This document shows positions 1 to 12,391 of a stretch of 64,000 nucleotides of DNA, piece by piece. The position numbers and the translations under genes were made by a program. Origin of the DNA: Octopus sinensis (Eukaryota). The stretch is from NCBI RefSeq assembly GCF_006345805.1, contig NC_042999.1, forward strand, positions 54,064,001 to 54,128,000. Direction: 5' to 3'. Under the pieces are notes generated by a model, which saw nothing but the letters and a program-made list of their open reading frames with translations, was not told the origin of the DNA and ran no database searches. The number at the start of each line of letters is the position of its first letter. The stretch's first letter is position 1.

Positions 1-1482
1 CGACGTCCAGGTTCGCCCCGAGCTCGTCGTCGTACCTCCCCTCCACTAACCCCTATAGAATGCTTTGGTTGTGTTGAAGTCACTTAAGGTCGACCCAGGA
101 CGGCAGAGTTGCTTGAGAGCAACGCGACACTCGCGGTGCCATTCGCCCTTCCTCGGCCTCTTTTGATTCACGACTGCAGTTCGGTCATGGAGACGAGCTG
201 CGGGAAAGCGTGCCTCACAAACGGCGACCACACCTGTTCACCGTCGTCTACATAGAGCCAGAGATGTCGCAGTCTCAGCGCGTGTCTGCGCATCATCAAC
301 CACGGCATGCCCAGCCCTCCTTTTAACGGGTGTTGACAGCAAATGGATCGCCTGACCATCGGGACGCATCCTTTCCACAAGAAGCGAAAGAGGATGCGTT
401 GTAGTTTGGTGATGGTAGGGTCGGGACAAGGTACGACGGTCAGGCGGTAGTAGATGACGGACGCGATGTACGTGTTCGCCACCTCCGCTCGACCTTTTAG
501 GGACAGTTTCCTCTCGGCCCATTGCCGGGCGAGAGTGACCACCCTACTCGTTATCTCGTTCCAGTTCTTCTCCACTTGAAGGTCCGGACCGAACCAGACC
601 CCGAGCAACTCAACCGGGCCGTCGGTCCAGCGTCCCACGACGGAGGCGCTGGTGGACGGCATGGGCTTGCTTCTCCAGGTGCCTAGTCGCAAGCCCACTG
701 AATTTTTCCCGGTTGATTTTCGCTCCTGTCACCGCTTCGTAGTTTTTCAGTGTCTCGCCGACCAGCTCGATGTGCTCGTGGCTAGACACTATGACGGTGA
801 CGTCGTCCGCGTATGCAGACACGCTCGTCCCGCATCCCAATTCTCGCGGGATGCCCCTTAGAGTCGCCAGCTTCCGCAGTAGTGGCTCAAGAGTCAATAC
901 GTATAGAAGCGCCGAGAGGGGGCATCCCTGACGGACCGAACGTGCAATGTCGAAAGGTCTCGATAGATGTCCATTCACGCGAATTACCGAACGGATGCCT
1001 CTGTACAAGGCAGCTATCCAGCCGCGGAAGACGGGACCGAAACCAGCGGCTCTCAGGACTGCCTCCAGGTATCGATGGTCTACCCTATCGAAAGCTTTCG
1101 ATTGATCCAAATTGATCAGCGCCCCACCCATGCCAGGTTCGTTAACTACCCTGTCTATGATATAGCGCATCAGATGGAGGTTGTCATGGATGGTCCGGCC
1201 TGGCACGGCGCATGTTTGCGCCTTGTCGACCAGTTTCTCGATGACAAGCGCCAACCTCTTGGCTAGCACCTTGGCCAAAATTTTCAAGTCTGCATTAAGC
1301 AGAGTGATGGGCCTGAAGTTATCTATTACATTTCCCTTGTTTAGATCTTTCTTCAGCAGTGTTACGGGTCCTCGGCTCACAAAACCAGGAATGCTCCCGT
1401 TTTGCTGCCAGTTGCAGTACACCGCCGCCAAGAGATCTCCAAACAAGTCTGGCATACAATTGTAAAGCTCGTAGGGTAGACC

Positions 1483-1483
<1 letters not shown>
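1..1483 (-). mobile_element. L1/Tx1-type non-LTR retrotransposon copy A; 5'-truncated RT region, 3' end outside the window
   Basis: ORF 610..1455 has RT motifs (FRPITLLNADLKILAK, DQSKAFDRV, VRQGCPLS, AYADD) and continues into ORF 168..698 across a frameshift near 710. The 5' end abuts (GATA)n at 1484. Confidence 0.95.
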
Positions 1484-1579
<96 letters not shown>

Positions 1580-1580
<1 letters not shown>

Positions 1581-2861
1581 CTTTCTTTTATTAGCCACAC
1601 AGGGCTGAATACACAGGGGACAAATACAAATGCAGAGCTTTTCTTTTCGAGGGTGGAAAAAAAATAAAAAATGTAAGATTGCGATCAAAAGGGATCGAGA
1701 GGAGGAAAAAAAAGGAAAAAAAGGAAAATCGTGTATCACAGAAATAATGGTGTAAACATTGATATAACAAGATTGGGTTCATCCGTGGAAGAAAAGCCTA
1801 CAGAAAAGACCACGGGAACCCCAGTCAGGGAGGAAATAAACACATGAGGTCAAAAATGCTCTCTTTCTTTCTTTTTTACGATCTACAGGATCATGCTCAA
1901 AGGGTTTCGTTACTAGCACGCACCATCTTTGCAACATTCACCCATCTTTTTTTGAATCTTTCGCGAGACAAAACTTCCCTCTCCATTCTCACCTTCCTTT
2001 TCAAGTGGTACTTGAAAAAGTTGATGAGCGATTGGCCAGAGAGGTAAGTGTTTGTCTCTAATCCTTTCGCTCGAGTCCACCACACACATTCTTTCACCAT
2101 GGCCACCAGTACGATGAAAACTGCCTTGCCTTCCCGGTTGAGGGAAGGGGGCGGAGCAATTCTCACGATAGACTCGGTCGATAGGCGGATTCGTCCCACA
2201 CGTGACAGCAGCCGTTCGGCATAAGCCCACAGGTCGGAAATGGTTGGACATTGCACGAGTGCGTGCAGAACGGTTTCGTCGCTCTGACCGCATCTCGGGC
2301 AAGTCGGTCCAGTGTGTTTGGAACCGTGTCTGTAGAGCTTATCCCGAACAGGTAATGCTTCTCGATAGCACTGCCAGGCCAGGGATCTTTGGTGATTGTT
2401 CATAGGTCCCGGCCCGAAGTTGTCCTGAACAGGCGGGTCAGGTGTCCTCGTCGACGCCCAGACTCTGCCCGAGTTCGTCGTCGCACCTCCCCTCCACTAA
2501 TCCTCTATAGAATGCCTTTGTTGTGATGGAGTCGCACAAGTTCGATCCCGGACGGCAGAGTTGCTTGAGAGCAACGCGACACTCGCGGTGCCATTCGCCT
2601 AGCCTCGGTCTCTGCTTGATCCATGACTGTAGTTCGTCCAAGGAGACGAGCTGCGGGAAAGCGCGCCGCACAAAAGGCGACCACCCCTGTTCACCGTTGT
2701 CTATGAAGCGCCGGAGATGTCGCAGTCTCAGCGCATGTCTGCGCATCATCAACCACGGCATGCCCAGCCCTCCATTTAGCGGGTGTTGGCAGCAAATGGA
2801 TCGCCTAACCATCGGAACGTTTCCCTTCCACAAGAAGCGGAAGAGTATGCGTTCCAGTTTG
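1580..2861 (-). mobile_element. Tx1-type copy B, divergent subfamily, 5'-truncated
   Basis: ORF2 C-terminus with CCHC ([21 protein letters not shown]) and a frameshift near 2440. Protein and 3'UTR differ from the other copies. It ends GGCTAATAAAAGAAAGT followed by TATC on the element strand. Confidence 0.93.
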
Positions 2862-2918
<57 letters not shown>

Positions 2919-3992
2919 TGTTTCTTTATTAGCCACACAGGGCTGCACACAGATAGAACAAATTACAGGGTAGAGCTTTTCTTTTGAAGGTTTAAAAAAA
3001 AAAAAAAAAAAAAGGAAGGGGGAGTTTCGATCAAAAGGGATCGTAAAAGGAGAGAAAGAGGACAAAAAAAAAGGGGGGGTTAAAAAAAAAAAAAAAAAAA
3101 AAGGGGGAGAGGAAAAAAAATTGATCAATAGGGATCGTTATCACAGAAATGTCAATATGAAGAGTAAAGGGGAGGACAGGTGAGGTTTACCCGTGGAAAG
3201 AAAAGCCTACGGAAAAGACCACGGTAACCTCGGTCAATGAAGTCACATTTTATATTTCTTGTTTTTTTTTTTTTTTTTTTTGCAAATAAGCAACTCTCTG
3301 TTTTCGATTTCTGGGTTCATAGGACTATGCTCAAGGTGGCTTCGTCATTCATACGTGCCATTCTTGCTACATTCACCCATCTTTTTTAAAACATTCGCTA
3401 GACAAAACTTGCCTCTCTACTCTCACTTTCCTTTTCAAGTGGTACTTGAAGAAGTTGATGAGAGATTGACCAGAGAGGAAAGTGTTTGTCTCCAATCCTT
3501 TCAGACGCGTCCACCAGATACATTCTTTCGCCATAGCCACAAGGATGATGAAAATAGCTCTTCCTTCCCGTTTGAAGGAAGGAGGCGTGACAATATTGAC
3601 GATAGACTCAGCTGATAAACCGACTCGTCCCACACGTGACAGCAGTTGTTCGACATAAGCCCACAGGTCGGAAATTGTTGGACACTGAACGAGTGCGTGC
3701 AGAACGGTTTCGTCGCTCTGACCGCATCTCGGGCAGGTCGGCCCCGTGTTTCTCGAGCCGTGTCTGTAGAGCTTATCCCGAACGGGTAGCGCTTCTCGGT
3801 AGCAGTGCCAGGCCAGGGATCTCTGGAAGTTGTCCATGGGCCCTGGCCCGAAAGTCGTCCCGAACAGGCGGGTCAGGTACTCCTCGTCGACGTCCAGGTT
3901 CGCCCCGAGCTCGTCGTCGTACCTCCCCTCCACTAAACCCCTATAGAATGCTTTGGTTGTGTTGAAGTCACTTAAGGTCGACCCAGGACGGC

Positions 3993-3995
<3 letters not shown>
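2919..3995 (-). mobile_element. Tx1-type copy C, 5'-truncated
   Basis: ORF2 C-terminus and CCHC (ORF 3373..4290 after its microsatellite-encoded part), T-rich 3'UTR, AATAAA, GATA tracts on both sides. Confidence 0.93.
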
Positions 3996-4047
<52 letters not shown>

Positions 4048-4058
4048 GAGAGAGATAG

Positions 4059-4151
<93 letters not shown>

Positions 4152-4177
4152 CATAGGTAGATAGAAAGAGAGATCGG

Positions 4178-4244
<67 letters not shown>

Positions 4245-4259
4245 GTAGATAGATAGATA

Positions 4260-5533
4260 AAGTTTCTTTGTTGGCCACAGAGGGCTGCACTCAGATGGGA
4301 CAAATTACAAGGTAGAGCTTTTCTTTTTGGGGATGAAAAAAAACAACAACAAAAAAAAGAAAACAAAAGAATAAAAAAAACAAAAGGAAGGGTGGCGTAG
4401 GTTTTCGATCAAAAGGGATCGTAAAAGGGAAAAAAGAAAAAAAAGAAAAAAGGGAAAACGAACAAAGGAAAAGAAAAATGAAAAAAGAAGAAAAAAGAGG
4501 AAAAAAGGGGAAGAGGAAAAGAAAACGATCAATAGGGATCGTGTATCACAGAGTTATGATGTATGGTGTAAAGGGGAAAGCAAGTAAGGTTTATCCGTGG
4601 GAAGAAAAGCCTACGAAAAAGACCACGGTAACCTTGGTCAATATTGTTATATGTTACCACATTTGTTTTCAATTTCTGGGTTCATAGGATTATGCTCAAG
4701 GTGGCTTCGTCATTCATACGTGCCATCCTTGCTACATTCACCCATCTTTTTTAAAACATTCGCTAGACAAAACTTGCCTCTCTACTCTCACTTTTCTTTT
4801 CAAGCGGTACCTGAAGAAGTTGATGAGAGATTGACCAGAGAGGAAAGTGTTTGCCTCCAATCCTTTCAGACGCGTCCACTAGATACATTCTTTCGACATA
4901 GGCACAAGGATGATGAAAATAGCTCTTCCTTCCCGTTTGAAGGAAGGAGGCATGACAATATTGACGATAGACTCAGCTGATAAACCGACTCGTCCGACAT
5001 AAGCCCACAGGTCGGAAATTGTTGGACACTGCACGAGTGCGTGCAGAACGGTTTCGTCGCTCTGACCGCATCTCGGACAGGTCGGCCCCGCGTTTCTCGA
5101 GCCGTGTCTGTAGAGCTTATCCCGAACGAGCAGCGCTTCTCGTAGCACTGCCAAGCCAGGGATCTCTGGGCCATGGCCCGAAAGTCGTCCCGAACAGGCG
5201 GGTCAGGTACTCCACGTCGACGTCCAGGTTCGCCCCGAGCTCGTCGTCGTACCTCCCCTCCACTAATCCCCTATAGAATGCTTTGGTTGTGATGAAGTCA
5301 CTCATGGTCGACCCAGGACGGCAGAGTTGCTTGAGAGCAACGCGACACTCGCGGTGCCATTCGCCCTTCCTCGGCCTCTTTTTGATCCACGACTGCAGTT
5401 CGGTCATGGAGACGAGCTGCGGGAACGCGTGCCTCACAAACGGCGACCACACCTGATCACCGTCGTCTACGAAGAGCCTGAGATGCCGCAGTCTCAACGC
5501 GTGTCTGGGCATCATCAACCACGGCATGCCCAG
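4260..5533 (-). mobile_element. Tx1-type copy D, third 3'UTR variant, 5'-truncated
   Basis: ORFs 5117..5527 and 4879..5154 match the ORF2 C-terminus with small deletions. Distinct 3'UTR; flanked by GATA tracts. Confidence 0.92.
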
Positions 5534-5535
5534 TC

Positions 5536-5604
<69 letters not shown>

Positions 5605-5688
5605 CATACATACATACATACATACATACATACATACATAGATACATACATACATACATACATACATACATGCATACATACATAGATA

Positions 5689-6193
5689 TGTTTCTTTATT
5701 AGCCACACAGGGCTGCACACAGATAGAACAAATTACAAGGTAGAGCTTTTCTTTTCAAGGTTTAAAAAAAAAAAAAAGGAAGGGGGAGTTTCGATCAAAA
5801 GGGATCGTAAAAGGAGAGAAAGAGGACAAAAAAAAGGGGGGTTAAAAAAAAAAAAAAAAAAAGGGGGGAGAGGAAAAAAAAATTGATCAATAGGGATCGT
5901 TATCACAGAAATGTCAATATGAAGTGTAAAGGGGAGGACAGGTGAGGTTTACCCGTGGAAAGAAAAGCCTACGGAAAAGACCACGGTAACCTCGGTCAAT
6001 GAAGTCACATTTTATATTTCTGTTTTTTTTTTTTTTTTTGCAAATAAGCAACTCTCTGTTTTCGATTTCTGGGTTCATAGGACTATGATCAAGGTGGCTT
6101 CGTCATTCATACGTGCCATTCTTGCTACATTCACCCATCTTTTTTTAAAACATTCGCTAGACAAAACTTGCCTCTCTACTCTCACTTTCCTTT
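5689..6193 (-). mobile_element. Tx1-type copy E, about 500 bp of 3' end
   Basis: Near-identical to the 3'UTR and last codons of copies C and H; flanked by GATA/CATA tracts. Confidence 0.92.
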
Positions 6194-6230
6194 ATAGATA
6201 GATAGATAGATAGATAGAAAGATAGATAGG

Positions 6231-6260
<30 letters not shown>

Positions 6261-6261
<1 letters not shown>

Positions 6262-7132
6262 GTTTCTTTATTGGCCACACAGGGCTGCACACAGATGGGA
6301 CAAGTTACAAGGTAGAGCTTTTCTTTTGGGCGATGAAGAAAATAAAAAACAAAAGAAAAACAAAAAACAAAAGAAAAAAAAGCAGTTCTTCTCCACTTGG
6401 AGGTCCGGACCAAACCAGACCCCAAGCAACTCAACCGGGCCGTCGGTCCAGCGTCCCACGACGGAGGCGCTGGTGGACGGCATGGGCTTGCGTCTCCAGG
6501 TGCCTAGTCGCAAGCCCACTGACTTTTCCCGGTTGATTTTCGCTCCTGTCACCGCTTCGTAGTCTTTCAGTGTCTCGCCGACCTGCTCGATGTGCTCATG
6601 GCTAGACACTATGACGGTGACGTCGTCCGCGTATGCAGACACGCTCGTCCCGCATCCCAGTTCTCGCTGATGCCCCTCAAAGTTACCAGCTTCCGCAATA
6701 ATGGCTCGAGAGTCAATACGTATAGAAGCGACGAGAGGGGGCATCCCTGACGGACCGAACGTGCGATGTCGAAGGGTCTCGATAGATGTCCATTCACGCG
6801 AATTACCGAACGGATGCCTCTGTACAAAGCGGCTATCCAGCCGCGGAAGACGGGACCGAAGCCAGCCGCTCTGAGGACCGCCTCTAAGTACCGATGGTCT
6901 ACCCTATCGAAAGCTTTCGATTGATCCAAATTGATCAGCGCCCCACCCATGCCAGGTTCGTTAACTACCCTGTCTATGATGTAGCGCATCAGGTGGAGGT
7001 TGTCATGGATGTTACGGCCCGGCACGGCGCATGTTTGCGCCTTGTCGACCAGTTTCTCGATGACAAGCGCCAACCTCTTGGCTAGCACCTTGGCCAAAAT
7101 TTTGAAGTCTGCATTAAGCAGAGTGATGGGCC
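6261..7132 (-). mobile_element. Tx1-type copy F, RT segment fused directly to the terminal 3'UTR (large internal deletion)
   Basis: RT motifs at 6383-7132 join about 120 bp of 3' terminus at the A-run near 6380. Confidence 0.9.
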
Positions 7133-7169
7133 AGATAGATAGATAGATAGAACGATAGATAGATAGATC

Positions 7170-7258
<89 letters not shown>

Positions 7259-7278
7259 GTAGATAGATACATAGATAG

Positions 7279-7372
7279 ATCATCAACCACGGCATGCCCA
7301 GCCCTCCTTTTAACGGGTGTTGACAGCAAATGGATCGCCTGACCATCGGGACGCATTCTTTCCACAAGAAGC

Positions 7373-7378
<6 letters not shown>
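7279..7378 (-). mobile_element. Tx1-type internal fragment G, about 100 bp, between two GATA tracts
   Basis: Matches copy A at about 293-390 (FRFLWKECVPMVRRSICCQHPLKGGLGMPWLM); has no 3'UTR. Confidence 0.85.
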
Positions 7379-7446
<68 letters not shown>

Positions 7447-7826
7447 CAGATAGATAGATATGTTTCTTTATTAGCCACACAGGGCTGCACACAGATAGAA
7501 CAAATTACAAGGTAGAGCTTTTCTTTTGAAGGGTTAAAAAAAAAAAAGGAAGGGGGGAGTTTCGATCAAAAGGGATCGTAAAAGGAGAGAAAGAGGACAA
7601 AAAAGGGGGGTTAAAAAAAAGGGGGAGAGGAAAAAAAAATTGATCAATAGGGATCGTTATCACAGAAATGTCAATATGAAGTGTAAAGGGGAGGACAGGT
7701 GAGGTTTACCCGTGGAAAGAAAAGCCTACGGAAAAGACCACGGTAACCTCGGTCAATGAAGTCACATTTTATATTTCTTTTTTTTTTTTTTGCAACTAAG
7801 CAACTCTCTGTTTTCGATTTCTGGGT

Positions 7827-10800
7827 TCATAGGACTATGCTCAAGGTGGCTTCGTCATTCATACGTGCCATTCTTGCTACATTCACCCATCTTTTTTTAA
7901 AACATTCGCTAGACAAAACTTGCCTCTCTACTCTCACTTTCCTTTTCAAGTGGTACTTGAAGAAGTTGATGAGAGATTGACCAGAGAGGAAAGTGTTTGT
8001 CTCCAATCCTTTCGGACGCGTCCACCAGATACATTCTTTCGCCATAGCCACAAGGATGATGAAAATCGCTCTTCCTTCCCGTTTGAAGGAAGGAGGCGTG
8101 ACAATATTGTCGATAGACTCAGCTGATAAACCGACTCGTCCCACACGTGACAGCAGTTGTTCGACATAAGCCCACAGGTCGGAAATTGTTGGACACTGAA
8201 CGAGTGCGTGCAGAACGGTTTCGTCGCTCTGCCCGCATCTCGGGCAGGTCGGCCCCGTGTTTCTCGAGCCGTGTCTGTAGAGCTTATCCCGAACGGGTAG
8301 CGCTTCTCGGTAGCACTGCCAGGCCAGGGATCTCTGGAAGTTGTCCATGGGCCCTGGCCCGAAAGTCGTCCTGAACAGGCGGGTCAGGTACTCCTCGTCG
8401 ACGTCCAGGTTCGCCCCGAGCTCGTCGTCGTACCTCCCCTCCACTAAACCCCTATAGAATGCTTTGGTTGTGTTGAAGTCACTTAAGGTCGACCCAGGAC
8501 GGCAGAGTTGCTTGAGAGCAACGCGACACTCGCGGTGCCATTCGCCCTTCCTCGGCCTCTTTTTGATCCACGACTGCAGTTCGGTCATAGAGACGAGCTG
8601 CGCGAAAGCGTGCCTCACAAACGGCGACCACACCTGTTCATCGTCGTCTACATAGAGTCAGAGATGTCGCAGTCTCAGCGTGTGTCTGCGCATCATCAAC
8701 CACGGCATGCCCAGCCCTCCTTTTAACGGGTGTTGACAGCAAATGGATCGCCTGACCATCGGGACGCATCCTTTCCACAAGAAGCGAAAGAGGATGCGTT
8801 GTAGTTTGGTGATGGTAGGGTCGGGACAAGGTACGACGTCAGACGGTAGTAGATGACGGACGCGATGTACGTGTTCGCCACCTCCGCTCGGTGGGCTTGC
8901 TTCTCCAGGTGCCTAGTCGCAAGCCCACTGACTTTTCCCGGTTGATTTTCGCTCCTGTCACCGCTTCGTAGTTTTTCAGTGTCTCGCCGACCAGCTCGAT
9001 GTGCTCGTGGCTAGACACTATGACGGTGACGTCGTCCGCGTATGCAGACACGCTCGTCCCGCATCCCAATTCTCGCGGGATGCCCCTTAGAGTCGCCAGC
9101 TTCCGCAGTAGTGGCTCAAGAGTCAATACGTATAGAAGCGACGAGAGGGGGCATCCCTGACGGACCGAACGTGCAATGTCGAAAGGTCTCGATAGATGTC
9201 CATTTACGCGAATTACCGAACGGATGCCTCTGTACAAGGCAGCTATCCAGCCGCGGAAGACGGGACCGAAACCAGCCGCTCTGAGGACCGCCTCCAAGTA
9301 TCGATGGTCTACCCTATCGAAAGCTTTCGATTGATCCAAATTGATCAGCGCCCCACCCATGCCAGGTTCGTTAACTACCCTGTCTATGATGTAGCGCATC
9401 AGATGGAGGTTGTCATGGATGGTCCGGCCTGGCACGGCGCATGTTTGCGCCTTGTCGACCAGTTTCTCGATGACAAGCGCCAACCTCTTGGCTAGCACCT
9501 TGGCCAAAATTTTCAAGTCTGCATTAAGCAGAGTGATGGGCCTAAAGTTATCTATTACATTTCCCTTGTTTAGATCTTTCTTCAGCAGTGTTACGGCTCC
9601 TCGGCTCACCAAACCAGGAATGCTCCCGTTTTGCTGCCAGTTGCAGTACACCGCCGCCAAGAGATCTCCAAACAAGTCTGGCATACAATTGTAAAGCTCG
9701 TAGGGTAGACCATCCAAACCCGGTGATTTGTCCCTCGAGCATTCTGCCATCGCTTCCCGCACTTCCGCCGCCGTGATGGCACCTTCGCAGCACCCTGCCT
9801 TTCTTGTCGAGAGTCGTGGTAGGCTATGTAGGTAGGCACTGAAGTCCACCCTACGTTCTTGCCCTCCACTCGTTCCGAACAGTCGGGCAAAATGCTGCTG
9901 AAAGGCCTCACACATTTTACTTGGCTCGAGCAATTCGCGCCCCTGTTCATCTACCAGTGACCGAATGGTGGCTTTGTTGCCCTGTTGCGCCTCTGCCACC
10001 GGGCCTCTCTCTCGGCTCCAACACCTTCGTTCCTTAGAGCACGCATCCTAGCTCTGACAGCACATCCTTCGTGTTTGGCGTTGAAGTGTTGGTCGAGGGC
10101 CAACCTCGCCGCCAAAACGTCGGATGCGATGCCGCTTCTAATTGCCTCTTCTAGCTTCTTAACTAGCTCACCCTCTACTCTATTTCTATCTATGGCTAGT
10201 GCTTTGCTGTACCTAATCGCTTCTGCTTTTACTGCTCTCTTGAGGGCAAACCACCATTGTTGTTGATGATGGCTTCCGTCAAAGCCCTCTTTACTAGTGT
10301 GCTAATCCGGTCTCTGAAACCTGTCTCGATGGAAAGACGCGTTTAGTTTCCAGTATCCGAGACCCTGCCTAAGTGTCTTACCTAAGTCTAGCGTACATGT
10401 CACAAGTTTGTGATCCGTGTAGCTGACTATGTGGAATTGTGGACATCCTATGCTATCTCTATCTACTGTCCTACACAGTATCCTATCTAGATACGATCTC
10501 GACGACCCGATGCGGTTGCTCCATTTCCACGTTGGCGCATTCGGGTGGTCTAGTCGGAACCTGTCAGACAGTTGAAAGCAGGTCTCTGAGGCATTTGCAT
10601 CCCCGTCTATTCCTATCTCTACCCACGTAGTCTACATGCGTGTCCAAGGTAGCATTCCAATCCCCCACTAAGAGTAAAGGACGAGACGTTCCCAAGAAAA
10701 CTTCTAGACGTTGAAAGAAATCCGCCCGACCTGTTAAGGGCGGTGCGTAAACTGATACGAGTCGAAAAGCGCACCCATTGCTTCCGTCGACATCCAGGAC

Positions 10801-11081
10801 GACCAGTCTACCCTCCGGGTCTACGAATATTGTCCTTACTTTGAGATCCAGACTCTTGTGAAAAGTACCGCGGTGCCACTACCGCCCATTCTCGGCAGAC
10901 AGGGGGAAAAATAAATGTTGAACTGTCCGCCAAACATGGTCTTTAGGGCCCGCGGATTGTGGAGTCTGGTCTCGCTTATGGCTATGATTTCTAACTTATG
11001 TGACTTTATGTCATTTAAGAGGTACCCTTGTTTCCAAGGGGACCCCAAGCCACGCGCATTTACACAACCAATCTTGATCAT
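7827..11081 (-). pseudogene. Disrupted ORF2: APE endonuclease, reverse transcriptase, CCHC
   Basis: APE motifs CVNARGL, ISETRL, SVYAP, GDWNATLD, SYLDRIL, SYTDH, YWKLN; RT in ORF 8839..9999; C-terminus in 7827..8633. Frameshifts near 10860, 10575 and 8838, and a deletion of about 170 bp at 8890. Confidence 0.92.
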
Positions 11082-11112
11082 AGTTCTAATGAATTAGAAT
11101 ACAGAGGGTTAC

Positions 11113-11593
11113 TTACTGCTCGAAAGTTTTTGCTTTCTCCTCCGTTGGTTTGTCCTCGAGAAGATCCCAGTACAGTTTCTTTGTGAGATATTTTTGGCAT
11201 TTACCAACCGCACTGGGGAAAATGCCTTTGAGTGTGTGGTGCAGACTTTTCGAGATGTGTAATATTTTGATGTGGTCTGGTGGTGTTGTGTATGGGTGAT
11301 TGTTTGTTTTTATGTCATCTTCTGTTATGTTTGTTTTTGATTGGATGTATTCCATCAAATTTGTGTTTTTGTTTGTCTATGGCTGTGAGCATGTTTGCTG
11401 TATATGTTTTTGTGGTGTTGGTGTGGCTGTTGTTTGCGTTGGGTTTTGAAATGTCTTCGGGAGATGTATTTCCCCCTGCTTTGTTCGTGTTTGCATTTGG
11501 TTTGGTTGTGTTTCTGCTCTTTATTTTCCTTCTTTTTGTAGCTATTTGCCATTCCTCACTGGTTTCGTCTTCCGACGAAATTTCTGAGGAATC

Positions 11594-11600
<7 letters not shown>
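11113..11600 (-). pseudogene. Probable C-terminal part of ORF1 of copy H
   Basis: Reads SDSSEISSEDETSEEWQIATKRRKIKSRNTT..., one frameshift, then ...KPTEEKAKTFEQ*; stop lies 31 nt upstream of the ORF2 ATG. Confidence 0.6.
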
Positions 11601-11692
<92 letters not shown>

Positions 11693-11714
11693 AAGATAGA
11701 TAGATAGATAGATC

Positions 11715-11800
<86 letters not shown>

Positions 11801-12391
11801 GTCGGCAGGTCCGGAAGGTGTGTGTGTATGTACAATGAGAGGGAGTGTGTCAATAGCTTGCAGTCAGGTAGATTGTTTAATTAATATTACTTTTAGATTG
11901 TTTTAATTAACATTTATGTATGAGTATTTATAGAATTATCCATTAATGAAGCTAATTTTGATAGTTTCTATTATTGCAACATGTGTGTAATTGTATCAGT
12001 TATGTTCTAAATTAATGAAGATCACCAGATTTAAGTTATCAACCTTATAACACTCTTTCTTCAGAATGGTAGTAATACTGTCTGGTTCCAATAGCGTTAA
12101 ATAGTGTTAATCATTTTGGAAATGCAATTGGTCAAATTTTTAATCAAATGAAATTGTTCGATCTTCTTCACTATTCTGTTGAACAATCGATTAAAATCAA
12201 CAAATAACTGCCACTTTATCGATCCCCTCTCTAAGTGTTTCATCTCTATTTTGCTTTGTTTCTTCGAGTGGAGTGGGAAAAAATAGCTATATCTGGTATT
12301 TTAACAGTTATTAAAATGGAAGTTGGTCCATAACATATATTTATATTATTTACATTTGACGGATATTTGTCCTCATCTTGTTTGTTGTTAT

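Larger units (their letters stand above)
7461..11602 (-). mobile_element. Tx1-type copy H, near full length: ORF1 C-terminus, ORF2 and 3'UTR
   Basis: Continuous homology from the 3' terminus through CCHC, RT and APE to an upstream ORF; the 5' end abuts (GATA)n at 11602-11798. Confidence 0.93.
1484..11798. repeat. (GATA)n spacer tracts between the Tx1 pieces
   Basis: Tracts at about 1484-1579, 2862-2918, 3996-4259, 5536-5688 (part CATA), 6194-6260, 7133-7278, 7379-7460 and 11602-11798. Confidence 0.97.

Noticed and set aside
1-11798. CRISPR-like or telomeric interpretation of the repeat/insert alternation
   Set aside because: The spacers are microsatellites and the inserts are retrotransposon pieces; there are no cas genes and no TTAGGG.
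1319-11853. ORFs with (YLSI)n runs fused to RT sequence
   Set aside because: They are translations of (TATC)n tracts running into truncated elements, not real proteins.
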